Source: Vicugna vicugna (taxonomy: Eukaryota). Taken from it: a stretch of DNA of 64,000 nucleotides. The notes beneath the pieces were generated by a model. It searched no databases. It was not told the origin of the DNA and worked only from the letters and a program-made list of their open reading frames with translations. The stretch lies in contig MU058337.1 in the NCBI GenBank assembly GCA_013265495.1, forward strand, positions 560,001 to 624,000, in the 5' to 3' direction. Of this stretch, positions 52,070 through 64,000 are shown in pieces. Numbering within the stretch: the first letter of the stretch is position 1; each line of letters begins with the position of its first letter. Position numbers and translations under genes: made by a program.

Positions 52070-52560
52070 TATCTATTAACCTAAGTTCACTATAGGAGCT
52101 GTGGCAGCTAGAGAGGTAAGTAGAGAACAATTCTTGTCTTCTGGGCATTTATGATCTAGTGTGCAAAGTAAATTGCACAGCAGTGGTTCTCCCGTGAAAT
52201 GTAACAAGAGGGCTCCTGATTACTTTTGAGGGGGCAATCAAAGAGACATTTTTTGTTAAACTAGTATTTAATTGAACCTTGAAAGATATGTGGCATTTCA
52301 ACAGGTAGAAAGAAAGCAAGAACATTTTAATTGGAAGCAACTGTGTGAACGAAGACTAGAAAGCCAAAAATGATGAGGCATGGAAAGGAAATGGTTCCAT
52401 GAGGAAAATGGTGGAGCCTGGAAAGAGTAATGGTAGGGAAGAGATGGTTTGAAGCTAGAACCTGTGCATGTCAGAGGCTACACTAAACACTCTGCATTTT
52501 ATTTAGAAAGTGAAGGAGGGCCATAGGCAAGACTGTGTGTGGAGGGTCATGTGATCTGAC
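52070..52560 (-). mobile_element. L2 fragment
   Basis: gaaccttgaaagat...caggtagaaag...ggaagcaactgtgtgaacgaagac...gggtcatgtgatctgac. Confidence 0.65.
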
Positions 52561-53279
52561 AACACACACACAACATGTTTTTGTTATTGTTAAAGGGCTT
52601 TTTGTTTCTTTTTGGTTTGGAAATTTGATTTACTCAGGAAATTATTTAAAAAGTAGTATTCCTTGAGTGTTAGCTTCTATATGGTAATAACTATGGGAAA
52701 TTTTCTGTAGCCTCAGGGTTTTCACAAGTAACTAGATAACCTTGTTTTTGTTATAACGCCAAAATGTACAATGCATTTATATTTTGCCTTTACATTTTAT
52801 CTCAATTTATTGACAATTTTAGAGCCGAAATTTGAAATTATATTTAACAATGACCAGGGGAGACACACAGGGTTAATACTACACATCAATTTACCAGAAG
52901 ACCTTAACTTCTTGATGAAAAAAATCCTAGAATAAAATGAACAAATTTTGAAAATACCAAAAATTGAAGAAGGAAAAGTCTGCTTACCACCATTCTATTG
53001 TATTTACATCTTCTCACCTTCCTAATAGCTTAGGTATATAAAGATATTCTTATAAATATTGGTAGGCTGAAAATACTCATGTGAATTTAGAAGACAAATG
53101 TGAACAGGCATGTCTTTAAAATCGTTAACTGCAAAGTAATGTAGTCTTAGAATGAAGACATCACTAAGAACCATCTTCTTCAACTTTCATATGAAGGAAA
53201 AAGTCTTTATGCCCTTTCTGGTTTCCATTCGGGCTTTTTAAGGATTCATTTATTGACAGTTTTCTTCATTGAACACTTC

Positions 53280-54165
53280 AAGAGAGCTTCTGGGAATCTG
53301 TTTTCTCGAGTTGATTGGAAATGAGAAAAAATTGTCCAGTGGTCTACTTACTTATCCATCCTTGACCCCCAAACTAGGAAATTGGAAACATACTCTTTCC
53401 TTCTGCTTAGAACTTCAATATTTTTCTAAGCTAAACACACTCAAATTCTTTGAATGTTTTATGCATGGTATATTATGTGTGTGTATGTATAAATTTCTCA
53501 GTACCCTGATATCTCTTTTTTGGATTACCTTCCAGGAGAGGAACAGTAAATGCAAATTAGTTAAAAAAAACTTTTCAAATAATTGCATTAAAAATCACTA
53601 TCATGTATCTAATTTCAGCATTACTACATAAATAAAAATATAAATGTCACTTAAAAAGTAGGAAGAAAATAATCCTGGAATAAAATAGCCCCCATCTGAT
53701 AGTAAATTTCATCATACATAGCCAAACTATGCACAATGTGGTCCTTTTATTTTTTTTTTCAATTTTTTTGTGGATTAGAGAAAAATCTCTTTATGGTCAG
53801 CAGAACAAAATTTTGAAAGCACTCTTCTCTGTAACCTACATTTTGTCAATATCTCTTTTTATTTTTTTATTATTTTATTTATTTATTTATTTTTGTCAAT
53901 ATCTCTTTTTAAAATGTCACATCAGAATGAACACAGCACTCTCACATGTTGTCTCCTCCTGTTTGGACACACTCCCTGGGAAAGTGCAGGCAAACACTGC
54001 ACTAGATATTTTTCTCGGCATTATCGTTCTGTTTGCTCATCTTACACTCACAGGAAACTCTCAGTTCTGCCACTGCATATTTTTATTTGTGCAATTAACT
54101 TTTTGAACCTAAAGGCACACTTTATATTTATCTTCATTCGACTGTATCTTGTTGGTTTTGGCAGA
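53280..54165 (-). mobile_element. CR1/L3 LINE fragments (interrupted)
   Basis: ttctaagctaaacacactcaaattcttt and ttgtcaatatctctttttaaaatgt...gaacacagcactc...ttttgaacctaaag...tttatatttatc. Confidence 0.6.
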
Positions 54166-54218
54166 GTATTGCATTCTGTTGAGAACTTGAAGAATAATGG
54201 TGATGTAGGTCTAAAAAG

Positions 54219-54530
54219 TTTCTTTTTAAAATGTTTTATTTAGATATAACTGACATATAACATTATATTAGTTTCATTATGCTGTACATACAAATATTTG
54301 TTTATATTGCAAAATGGCCAACATGATAAGTCCAGTTAACCTCCATCACCATACATAGTTACAAAAATTTGTTTTTTTTGTGTAATAGAATCTTTTAAGA
54401 TCTACTCTCTTAGCAACTTTAAAATGTACATTGAAGTATTATTAACTATAGTCACTGTGCTATACATTACATCCCCTTGACTTATTTATCTTATAGCTGG
54501 AAGTTTGAGTTTTTAACCACCTTCACCTTT
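54219..54530 (-). mobile_element. L1MA9-like 3' end
   Basis: gatataactgacatataacattatattagtttca...taagatctactctcttagcaacttt...attaactatagtcac...ctggaagtttg. Confidence 0.9.
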
Positions 54531-54759
54531 TATAAAGTTTGTGTTCAGTGCTTTCAGGCTGTCAAAAAACTTTAACAGGAAAAGTGTACAAAATTTTTGC
54601 AGGATGTGTTCTGTGTATCATTAGTATGCTGTATTTCTTTTGCCTTGACATAAATAAAAAAATGAATCACTTTTATGTACTTGAAACAATTCTACCAGGT
54701 TGAAGTTTTGGGGCAAAAACAGTCTTGTATTTCTTCATCATCTGCTCAACACTTTTAAT

Positions 54760-56355
54760 GAATTTTTAAAACAAAACATATATTTAAGATATACAACATG
54801 GTGATTTGATATACATATATATAGTGAAATGATTACTACAGTCAAGGCAGTTAACACATTATCTCTTCACGTCGTTACCATTTTGTGTGTATAATGAGTA
54901 CACCTGAAATGTATTCTCTTAACAGATTTCCAGTTTTCAGTACAATGTTATTAAGTAGAGTCCTCATGCCTGTGCTTTAGACATCTGGATTTGCTCATCC
55001 CACGTGACTGCAAATTTCTACCCTTTGAACAACATCTCCTCATTCTCCTTCTCCACTCCAGCCCTTGGTAACCACCATTCTACTCACTGCTTCTATGAGT
55101 TGGACCTTTTTTTTTTTTTAATCACACAGATAAGTGAGCTCAGACTGTATTTGTCTTTCTCTGTCTGACTTACTTCGTTTAGCATAATACCCTCCATGTT
55201 CATCCATGCTGTTGCAAATGGTAGGATTTTCTTCTTTCTCATGGATGAATATATATATATTCACACATCTTCTTTATCCATTCACATCTTACATCTCATA
55301 TCTTCTTTATCCATCCTTCTGTTGACCGACACTTAGGTTATTTCCTCTCTTGGTTATTGTAATAATGCTGCAGTGAACAGGGTGTGCAGATTTCTCTTTG
55401 AGATACTGATTTCCTTTGAATATATGTCCAGAAGTGAGATTGCTGGATCAAATTGTAGTTCTAGTTTTAGTTGTTTGAGGAATCCTCATACTGTTTAATG
55501 CAATGGCTGTACCAGTTTATATTCCCACCAACAGTGCACAAGAGTTCCCATTTCTCCACATCCTCACAAGCACTTGCTATCTCTCGTCTTTTTGATAATA
55601 GCCATTCTGACAAGTGTGAGGTGATAGATAATCTCACTGTAGTTTTGATTTGCATTTCCCTGATGATGTTGAACACTTTTTCATGTACCTGTTGGCCACT
55701 TGTATGTTTTCTTTGGAAAAATGTCTACTTAGGTCTTTTGCCCATTCCCCGCCAGCCAGCCCCCCATGGCACGTGGTGTTTGGGGCAGCGTTACTGGGAG
55801 GCTGGGGAGCCCTGGCCTACCCGCTGTCTGCTGCCTCTTGCTCCCTGACACCGCTCATTCCTCATCCTTTGCCCATTTTTCAGTTTGGATGATTTGTTTT
55901 CTTGCTGTTGAGTTCCTTATATATTTTGAATATTAACTCCATATCAAATGTATGGTTTGCAAATATTTCCCCCTTTCTCTAGGTTGTTTCTTAACTCTGT
56001 TGATTGTTTTCCTTTGCTGTGCAGAGCTTTTTGTTTAATGCAGTACCATTTGTCTATTTTTGCTTTGTTGCCTGTACTTTTAGGGTCTTATCCAAAAAAT
56101 CATTGCCTAGACCAATATGAAAACACTCTCCCCCTATGTTTTCTTTTAATAGTTTAATGGTTTCAGGTCTCACAGTTAGGTCTCCAACTCATTTTGAGTT
56201 GATTTTTGTATATGGAGTGAAATAAGGGTCCAGTTTCATGCTTCTGCATGTGGAAGACCAGTTTCTCCAACACCATTTATTGAAGAAACTGTCATTTTCT
56301 CATTGTGTGTTCTTGGCACCTTTGTTGAAGGTCAGTCACTATAAATATGTGAGCT
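54760..56355 (-). mobile_element. L1MA-type element, ~1.6 kb 3' portion including decayed ORF2 C-terminus
   Basis: ORF 55467..55676 reads [10 protein letters not shown] (L1 ORF2 C-terminal motif) followed by frameshifted remnants; canonical 3'UTR text. Confidence 0.92.
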
Positions 56356-58230
56356 TTTGAAGTTTTGCCAGACACTGCTCTGTACTTCTTCGTCTGCTCA
56401 ACATCTTCAAGAAATGGCTGCATTGTTTGTGTCGTGATCAAATACATTATTTAAATTAAAACAGCAACAAGAAAAAAGATTTATTATTTTGCTGCCAAGA
56501 AATTCAATAACTAATTTGGGGTTTGAAGAACCAAAGGCTGAAATTCATGGTAATCTCAGAAATTCTGAATGGAGTGAAGCTGTATTATGAAATGAATGAA
56601 AGAACCTATAAGCATAAGCCAGTTAAAAATAAGAAAAATGGCTATAAACACAGAAAATTAATGACTTGAAAAAGTTAGGAATGTACCAAGATACTAGGAA
56701 GGGCCGTTGGAAAAGAGGAACAAAACCTAAAGCGAAGGGCAGACGGCCACAGAGAGACCCAGGGCGAGGCTGAGCCTTGTAGAAGAGAGCAGTTTTGTTC
56801 TTTTGCTGACTTTTTATTTAGAAGGTAGTGAGTGGACCATGAATGAATTGTTGAGTCTGTAATCTATTTGGAAGGGTTTAGAACATAACCGAGTTACTTA
56901 AAAAGCAACTCTAAGTCTCATAAAAATCTGTTTTCATCTTATTAACGCAAAATGCTTGTGTTATGGTAAAGGCTAAATGTTGGCTTATGCAATGGTGGGA
57001 GACAATTGGAAAAGTAATAGATTGGCAATCTTTTGTAGAAAAAAGGAAAAAGATACTGTTATGTGATGTATGTAATAGAAATAGCATTGGATAGGTAGTC
57101 AAAATATCTGACATGCCATTAATTACAAAATTTAATTCATTTAGTATTTTTTTCATTGCCTATTAGATGAGTGATTGAATTTTTTTACATATATTAATGT
57201 TTTGAAAAAAGTTGACATTTGATAACATATTAAATGTGAATATACTTTGGAAAATTCAAAATCTGTATTTTATTATATGCAAAAATTCTAAGTGCTTTTA
57301 TTACATAAATTATATTCTATAATTATAAATTATAGGTGTAAATAAATATATCATATATAAATATATATAATATATGTGTATACTAGCCTTATATTCACTA
57401 ATAAAGCTTTGATTAAGTTCAGGTTTCCTTGAAGTCTGTTTTGGGGTAGGCGACCACTTACAGAGTATGTATCTATGAATTTTGCATTATATTCCTCATT
57501 GTCATTTAGCACTTGAGACAAGTATTTTACAGGGTAGTGTCTTAACATGGCTAGAAATTGTACATATTCAATACCATTCAATAGGTGATATGTGCAGTAG
57601 GAAAGTCTATTGGAATTAATTAGGTCTGTTTTAAAGAATAGTTATTTTAGTTCAGTAAACTGTGCATGTATGAGATGAGTTTACCTAACTTTGTAATTGA
57701 CAGATGAATAGATATTTTTAAAGCAAAATATTCTAACAAGTTATTTCTTTGTGCTTAATCCAAAGACCAGTTGTTTGGCACCATAAAGCTATTATTTTTT
57801 AATTTAAATCATGTTCTCCAACTCTTTACAAAACAAAGATACTCTTCATGGTCAGTTTCCCATTAATTTTAACTTGCAAGAAGTCTTCCATAGGCATCCA
57901 AATGCAACTTCTCTTTCACGTCTACCTTGGGCAAAGCATCATGAAATATTATTGGAGTATACTCTGCTGTTTTGCTATGAGCCTTACCATAATTTACCCA
58001 CTCTGGAAAGGTTAAGGCATGCCATCCAGCTGAAACCCCCTAAGCCTACAAAATAGATTATTTTATGGTAAAGCGGCTTTTCCTTTCTAAGTGTGCTTTA
58101 CCCTGGAGGAAATGAAGTTGCCACTTTGGAATGCTTAATAGCACCAGCATTGTAGCTCACAGAGATTAATCAGTTTCTGCTCTGTTTCATCACTCAATCA
58201 AGAGGCTTCCAAATTAAGGTTGGCGCCTGT

Positions 58231-58243
58231 TGGACTTTGACCT
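58231..58243 (-). promoter_or_regulatory. DR1/HNF4-type site AGGTCAAAGTCCA
   Basis: 13-bp match to the HNF4A-preferred DR1 (CAAAGTCCA core) in non-repeat DNA; motif only. Confidence 0.35.
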
Positions 58244-59034
58244 ATGCCTGCAGTATGTGGTCTTTACAGGAGGCCTTCTGTCTGGGAATTTTCTTTGAGG
58301 GGGGTTAGTTCCTGCCTTACAGAACAGGTTAAAAAAATCAGTTACTTCAAATTTAAGGCCTCTTAGGTTTCTGAATAAAAAAATTCTTAAGTTTGGTTTC
58401 TAATTTCTAATATTTGATTTTATGATATTTTAGGAGAAAGGACTTCCATGTTAACATTTGAGAAAATGTCATTTAGGATCTATGATTCTCTCCTAAAATT
58501 GTCAACTAAGTCAGTACAGCATAATTATTATTTTAGTGGAAAGCTATATTACTTAAAAGTGTTGTTATCTGTTACTATAACATCACTACTTGTGTATTTA
58601 TTTTGTTTGTTGCTTTTATTTTTTCTTTTTTTCATGTTAAAGAAATCTCATATATTGTGGTGGCTAGTGATTTGTCCCAAATAATAACTTTTATTTCTTT
58701 TTCCCTCTTTTTTCTTTCCTTTCTTTTCCCATAAATTTAGGAATTCATATTATCCAGTTTCATTTTAAAACACATCCAGATATAAAAAAGTTAACTGGAT
58801 TAAATACATGATGAGATTTATAAAAATGTGATGTAATTCAATTTAATATGAGTTAAATAGTAGCTAAATAATTTTCTATATCTCTTATTTGAGAAATTTG
58901 ATTCCCATGGTTATGTTATGCAAGACCTAGACAGACCCTCCTATTGGACAGCTTAAAGTTCCTACTAAATTTTCTAGTCTCAGTGGATAATGTCATTATT
59001 GTAAGCTGGATCTATTTTTGTGTTAAACCTCTAG

Positions 59035-59485
59035 GCCTACAGCCTCCATTGGCCACATGTGGCTATTGAACACTTGGAGTGGGGTGAGATTGAGGGAGCA
59101 CTTTTAACAGTTTCATTTCATTTTAATCAATTCAAATTTAAAAACCGATGCAGTGTAAAAGAAGTTTACACTAAGCATGTCTTTATTGTTCTGCCAGGAC
59201 TATATTTGACCTTTGAAGTTTTAGCATATGATTAAGATGTGCTGCAAATGTAAAATGCTCACAAGATTTCAAAGATATTATATTAAAAGAGGAAGTAGAA
59301 TATATCAGGAATAATTTTTACTTTTATTAATGCTGAGATGATAAGATTTTAGGTATATTATGGTAAATAAAATATTCTATTAAAATTAAATTCACCTGTT
59401 TAGTTTTTACTTTTTTAACATGGTTACCAGAGTAGTTAAAATTGCCTAAGTGGCTTGCCTTGTCTTTCTTTCATACTGGTGGTTC
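59035..59485. mobile_element. hAT-Charlie DNA transposon remnant (Charlie1a/MER33-like)
   Basis: gccacatgtggctattgaacacttg...gatgtgctgcaaatgtaaaat...taaataaaatattctattaaaattaaattcacctgttt...ttttactttttt. Confidence 0.8.
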
Positions 59486-60224
59486 AGATGAGACAGTGAT
59501 AGTTCTCTGTGCAGAGGTGAACTCGACAGGATTTCCTGTACAACTTAACATCTTCTCCATCATTAAAAATGAAAGATTTTTCCTTTTTAATTTATTAAGA
59601 GAAAATCATCTGAAAACACAGATTTCCCAAAATATGTTATTAACAATGTTAAAAAGTTTTCTTAGAGTCTTAATATGCCATGTGTTATATATACATATGT
59701 GTGTGTATATATAAAACATTATATACCCAGAGGCATTTCCCAAATGGATTTCCAAGGAGCAGCTCTCAAGAATAGTATTCTGTGGATGAGATGATCAGAT
59801 AATGGTTGTGTAACTTACTATTTTGGTCATCTTTTATTCTAATACCACGAATGGCAGTCACTCACATTGAGTCCCTCATGCATACTGCACATAAATTTTA
59901 TGTAATTTACACTGTCCCCAGTGGCTAAGTGACATTTTCCAGGTGGTTGACTTTAGCTTTCTCACATTTTTTTCTCTCATTCTTTCCCTTATTCTCAGAT
60001 TCATTCTTTGTGGGTAAGAGAGCAAATAACATAAGTAAATCAAATATGATGTGTGAAATCTCTACTCAAGTTTTTTCAGCACAGATATTTTCATATGCTA
60101 AATATTTCTAATTCTTATCGTTAGCTTCAATTAAACATTCACGATGTTAGGTTATACCAGAGGGCATTCAATGCTACTGATCAAAAACTACTCCTGACTA
60201 ATGAGTATTAATTAATTGTCAGGT

Positions 60225-60335
60225 CAGTTAGCACATATTTATTAGTTTATGTCTTGCAAGGAACTGTGCTGTAGACAGTGGCGATTCAGTGGTAACAGAC
60301 ACACATGAAATTTAATGATCTGACCTCATGGTGAA
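60225..60335 (-). mobile_element. L2 3' end
   Basis: catatttattagt...caaggaactgtgctgtagacagtggcgattcagtggtaacagac...tgacctcatgg. Confidence 0.6.
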
Positions 60336-61327
60336 TAATTGTATCTGTAAATAAGTGCTATATGTTTAGCAGAAACAGTCAATGCTGGTGTAGTGTGAAG
60401 ACTACTTTATTCGTTACTTTGAGGTTTCCTTTTTGCTCCTTGTGTTAAACAACATGTAGAATTTATGAAAAAAAGTCACATGGAACGGCAAAGTAAACAT
60501 TTGCACGCAATAAATGTGAAAGAAACGTGAGTTTTGTGTCGTATAAGCCACAAGCTGCAAATGAAATATTTCTATACACTTCAGATTGACAAAGACTATA
60601 AAATCACCTACTAAGAAAGCAGAAGGCCCATTACTTGATAGAATTTCCTGCTTTTCATTTTCTCCTGCCTCTTTCTCTTTCAGAGTGATTTAATGTAAAA
60701 CACCCAGTTTGATCCCTGAAAAGAAGTACGGAGACTAGGGATGTTTTTCACTGAGTGAAGGAAGAGCAGTTAAATTACTGTAGTTGAAATTCAACTTTGT
60801 CATTTTGCTAGACTTGAAACCACTACTTACAAAACTAACATGAGCTCTTCCAGTAACTGATTCACTTAAGATATTCCTTATTAGTAATCAGAATAGGGAA
60901 AGTATTTGATGAAATATAAAAGTCTTCTATGAAATACTCTACTGCTCATTAAATGCAGGAAACAAACCAGAAATAATTAAGTTTAGAATTAAATATTTTA
61001 AACTTAAGGTATTTAAAAAATTATTTTTTAATCTCAGTGAAGAGTCTTACATACATTTTAATGGTGAGTCATTCCATTAAAGAAAAAAAAAAAGGTCCAG
61101 AACTCTTCTTGAAGAAACACAACTCTCATTCATAGTTATTTTCCAGAAGGGGAGACTATTACATGACAATTTTAGTTGCCTGTCTAACAAAATTGAAAGA
61201 TATATATACTGAGTGTAGATTATAGAATATGGCATTATAAGACTCTCCACTAGCTCCCATGACTGCCTTTCAAATATTAAATTTGCACTAGAGTTTGGCC
61301 ACCTTGGAAAAATAATGGGCCTTTTGA

Positions 61328-61645
61328 AAAAATATTTATTGAGCTAAGTGTTTGAGACAATAGAGAAATAAGTAAAATAGTCTTTCACTCAGAACGCCTG
61401 GAGTACAACGGGGCAGAGGGAGGTAAAACAGACAGGTAACCAAACCAAAGGGTGGATGCTCACTTCCTAGCAGCTGGAGGAGAAGCCTAGTTTCAGCAGA
61501 GTGGAAGGTCTCACCTGGTGGAAGGTTTGAGCTTCATGAAAAGCAGCGTTTGAAATTAGCTGCTCAGGATGGCAAAGGTTTACAGACAGGGATGGAAAAA
61601 AAAAAAGAGCCTTGCAGACAGAAAGGACCGTGTGGACATATGCGA
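61328..61645 (-). mobile_element. L2 fragment
   Basis: aaatatttattgag...gcttcatgaaaagcagcgtttga...aggatggcaaaggttt...gcagacagaaaggacc. Confidence 0.6.
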
Positions 61646-62189
61646 CAAAATGTAAATCACCATCACAATGCAGCAAATAATGCTTTGATTATAGCCTAAG
61701 ATAAGTATAAGCAAACGACTCAAGGTGGAAATTAAAGTCAAGCTGTAAAGGCACTGGCTATCGTGACACCTGTTGTGTTCAAATGACAATAGAAAAGTAA
61801 AATTAATGAATGAACTTGGGAATGTTAATCTTTCAGTAGAATGAATTGCAGTGTATAGGACTTGGAGAAGTATTTGGTTTAGATGAAGGCAAACTTTGTG
61901 AGCCTGAAAGCCAGCTTTCTTTGAGATCAGCGTCCTGGTGAGAGTTAAGCAATTCAAGAAGCAACTCTGCCCCAAAATATTCTGTCCACAAATTTAAAGA
62001 TTTACTGATTATTAAGTAAAACTATTATTTAATCATTTGATTCAAAATATAAATGATTTTGGAAAGTTTCAGTAGGGATTTCTTTACAGTTGAGTATGAA
62101 TCAGCTTAACCAATGTTTTTCTTTCCATCTAAGTTCACTGAAATTCACCAGAACGCTATAATAATTCTAGAATTGTGTGCAATTAACAA

Positions 62190-62500
62190 AAAAGCCTGAA
62201 GTACTAACAAAGCAAAATTGATAGAACTATAGAACTCCGCTATCATAATGGAAGTTTTTATCTACATGTCTCAATTACTGATAGGTCAAAAAATGAAAAA
62301 TAAGCAAAGATAAAGGAAATTTGAACAATACAATGAACAAGTCTAATTTATTAATACCTTTTCTTCAAACTGGTGTATGTATATCTTATAAAATATACAC
62401 ATACTTTTAAATTATAAATTATTCATTAAAAAAATCCACAAGTCATACATTAAGCAGGTCTCAACAAATGTTAATAACTTTTAAAGAATTCATATCACAC
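62190..62500 (+). mobile_element. Ancient L1 ORF2 (endonuclease region) remnant
   Basis: aagcaaaattgatagaacta...atcataatggaagtttt...tctcaattactgatag...aaaataagcaaagata...tttgaacaatacaat...tctcaacaaat. Confidence 0.65.
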
Positions 62501-62511
62501 AACAACATAGT

Positions 62512-62761
62512 GAAGCAACAGAGTTTAGTGAAGAGTGTTGCCCTCGTGAGCCCCACTGTCAGATTTCGGGTCTCAGGTTCTTCACATGCTAGACTCCAGG
62601 AAGATTGTTACTCTTTTTCTATCTGTTTCCTCAACTACTAGCAGAGGTAATAATAGTACTGATTTATAGATTTATCGTGAGTGTTCAATAAGTTAATGTA
62701 TGCAAGGTGCTTGGAAAAGTATCTGGAAAACAGTGAAATTATCTAAGAATTTGCTATTACT
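62512..62761 (+). mobile_element. MIR SINE, near full length
   Basis: tagtgaagagtg...tctgtttcctca...taataatagtact...aataagttaatgtatgcaaggtgcttggaaaagtatctgg...gctattact. Confidence 0.8.
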
Positions 62762-64000
62762 GAAATAGCGGTTCCTTATAGTTCAGGAGCAGTGGGGAAG
62801 GAAATAGTCTTTCAGAGCAGAGCAACACTTCCCCAGGCTGTCTGGATGCAGCTCCAGGAGAGGGTAAGGGGTGGAAAGGAGTGTGTAAGCTGCAGGACAA
62901 AAGGGGGCCTCGTGTTGGGAAGAGAGAGGGATCAAGAAAGTGAGGATGGAACCCCCCCCCCCGTTTTGCCTTGAGTGTGTTGGGTAACAGCAGTGACTCT
63001 TAGACACCGCTAAGCCATGCTGTCGGCCCTGGTTCTGTCCCTGGCAGCTCTTGAAGTGCCTTTACAAATCCTAGGTGACGGTGCTTTGATACTGGAATGG
63101 ACATCTCAGTAGCCCCCTCCTTACCATCTCTGGCATGTCACAGGATGTGGGCCCCAACTTTACTCTGTGGTGTAGACCTTCTCATGGCCCCAGGAACAGA
63201 GGACCAACAATGGAGCATCTATACTTTGCACATTATATCCTTAGACAGTTATAATTTCACTGCTGATTTACTATGAAGTCCAAATATTGTGCCTTTCGGT
63301 TTGGATCTTGGTATATATGCTCATAAACATTTTGACAGAATATAGAAGCCACAGTGGTCTTTTAGCTACATTTATTACAATAGAAACTTGTTCTATCTCA
63401 CAGTGATAGCCAGATGCCTGCATGAAGAACATTTCATCTTCATTCAGTCTGATTTTTGGCAACTATACGAATGCTTGCTTGAAAGGCCCTATTTAAAGAG
63501 TTTTTACACCAAGTGTTCCTTTCCAATTAACACTGAGAAGAAGCTTTAAAATTTTAGTGCATCTGCAGCAAAGATGTAGAAAATAACTTCTGAATAATCC
63601 AGGCTTTTTGACAGTAAAATTCCTAGGTGGAGAGTAACCCTGCTAATACACAGTTGTGGATAAATTAAAGAACAGTCAACCTCAAAATGTCTATGCTAAA
63701 ACAGAGTGCTAAGCAGAAAAAATCAAGTAACAGAATGTTTCCCATAATGTTTTGAAAGGAAACCTGGTTTTTTTCCCCCAACAGAGTATCTATTTCCTTT
63801 AGACATAGATTGGATCATCAACATTTATTAAGCACCTTGGGGTGAGCTGCCTAGGATCTGAATTACTGCTCTGCCTTGCTGGCTATAATAAATAATAAAT
63901 ATTGGTGCTATGTTCAAGAACAGGAATTCCCTGACTTGAGTTTTTTTTTTTAATCAGAAAAATAGACATAGGTCATAATAAATATTTTATTACTTTTTAT

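Noticed and set aside
53269..54243. Hydrophobic ORFs of 116-125 aa resembling membrane proteins
   Set aside because: Artefact of T-rich antisense CR1 and low-complexity sequence.
55467..56157. ORFs with L1 ORF2-like motifs
   Set aside because: Frameshifted remnants of a dead, 5'-truncated L1; not a functional gene.

Overview
Mammalian, AT-rich, repeat-rich non-coding DNA. It is very probably camelid (alpaca, llama or camel), based on a recognisable Vic-1-type tRNA-derived SINE at ~43.8 kb and a camelid-type young L1 3' end at ~38.5 kb. I find no convincing protein-coding gene, tRNA/rRNA gene, CRISPR array or prokaryote-type system. The supplied ORFs are chance ORFs or decayed L1 ORF2 remnants. 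The window is a mosaic of old eutherian repeats (L2, MIR, CR1/L3, MER5A and other hAT-Charlie elements, LTR16, MLT1, L1M subfamilies), simple repeats, one 29-N assembly gap, and unique spacers with a few candidate TF sites and exon-like segments. L1/LTR orientation bias hints that it lies in a large intron of a + strand gene. Repeat family names come from recalled consensus sequences, not a database search, and boundaries are approximate. The most interesting signals are insertion fossils. These are a 118-bp GC-rich tailless foreign insert with a TSD inside an L1, a tail-only (TTTA)n insertion with a perfect 20-bp TSD, an 18-bp G-rich insert with a 13-bp TSD, and an L1 flanked by a ~55-bp diverged direct repeat. 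There is also a cluster of AT-to-GC substitutions in one L1 copy that suggests GC-biased gene conversion. I cannot support a new biological system here.
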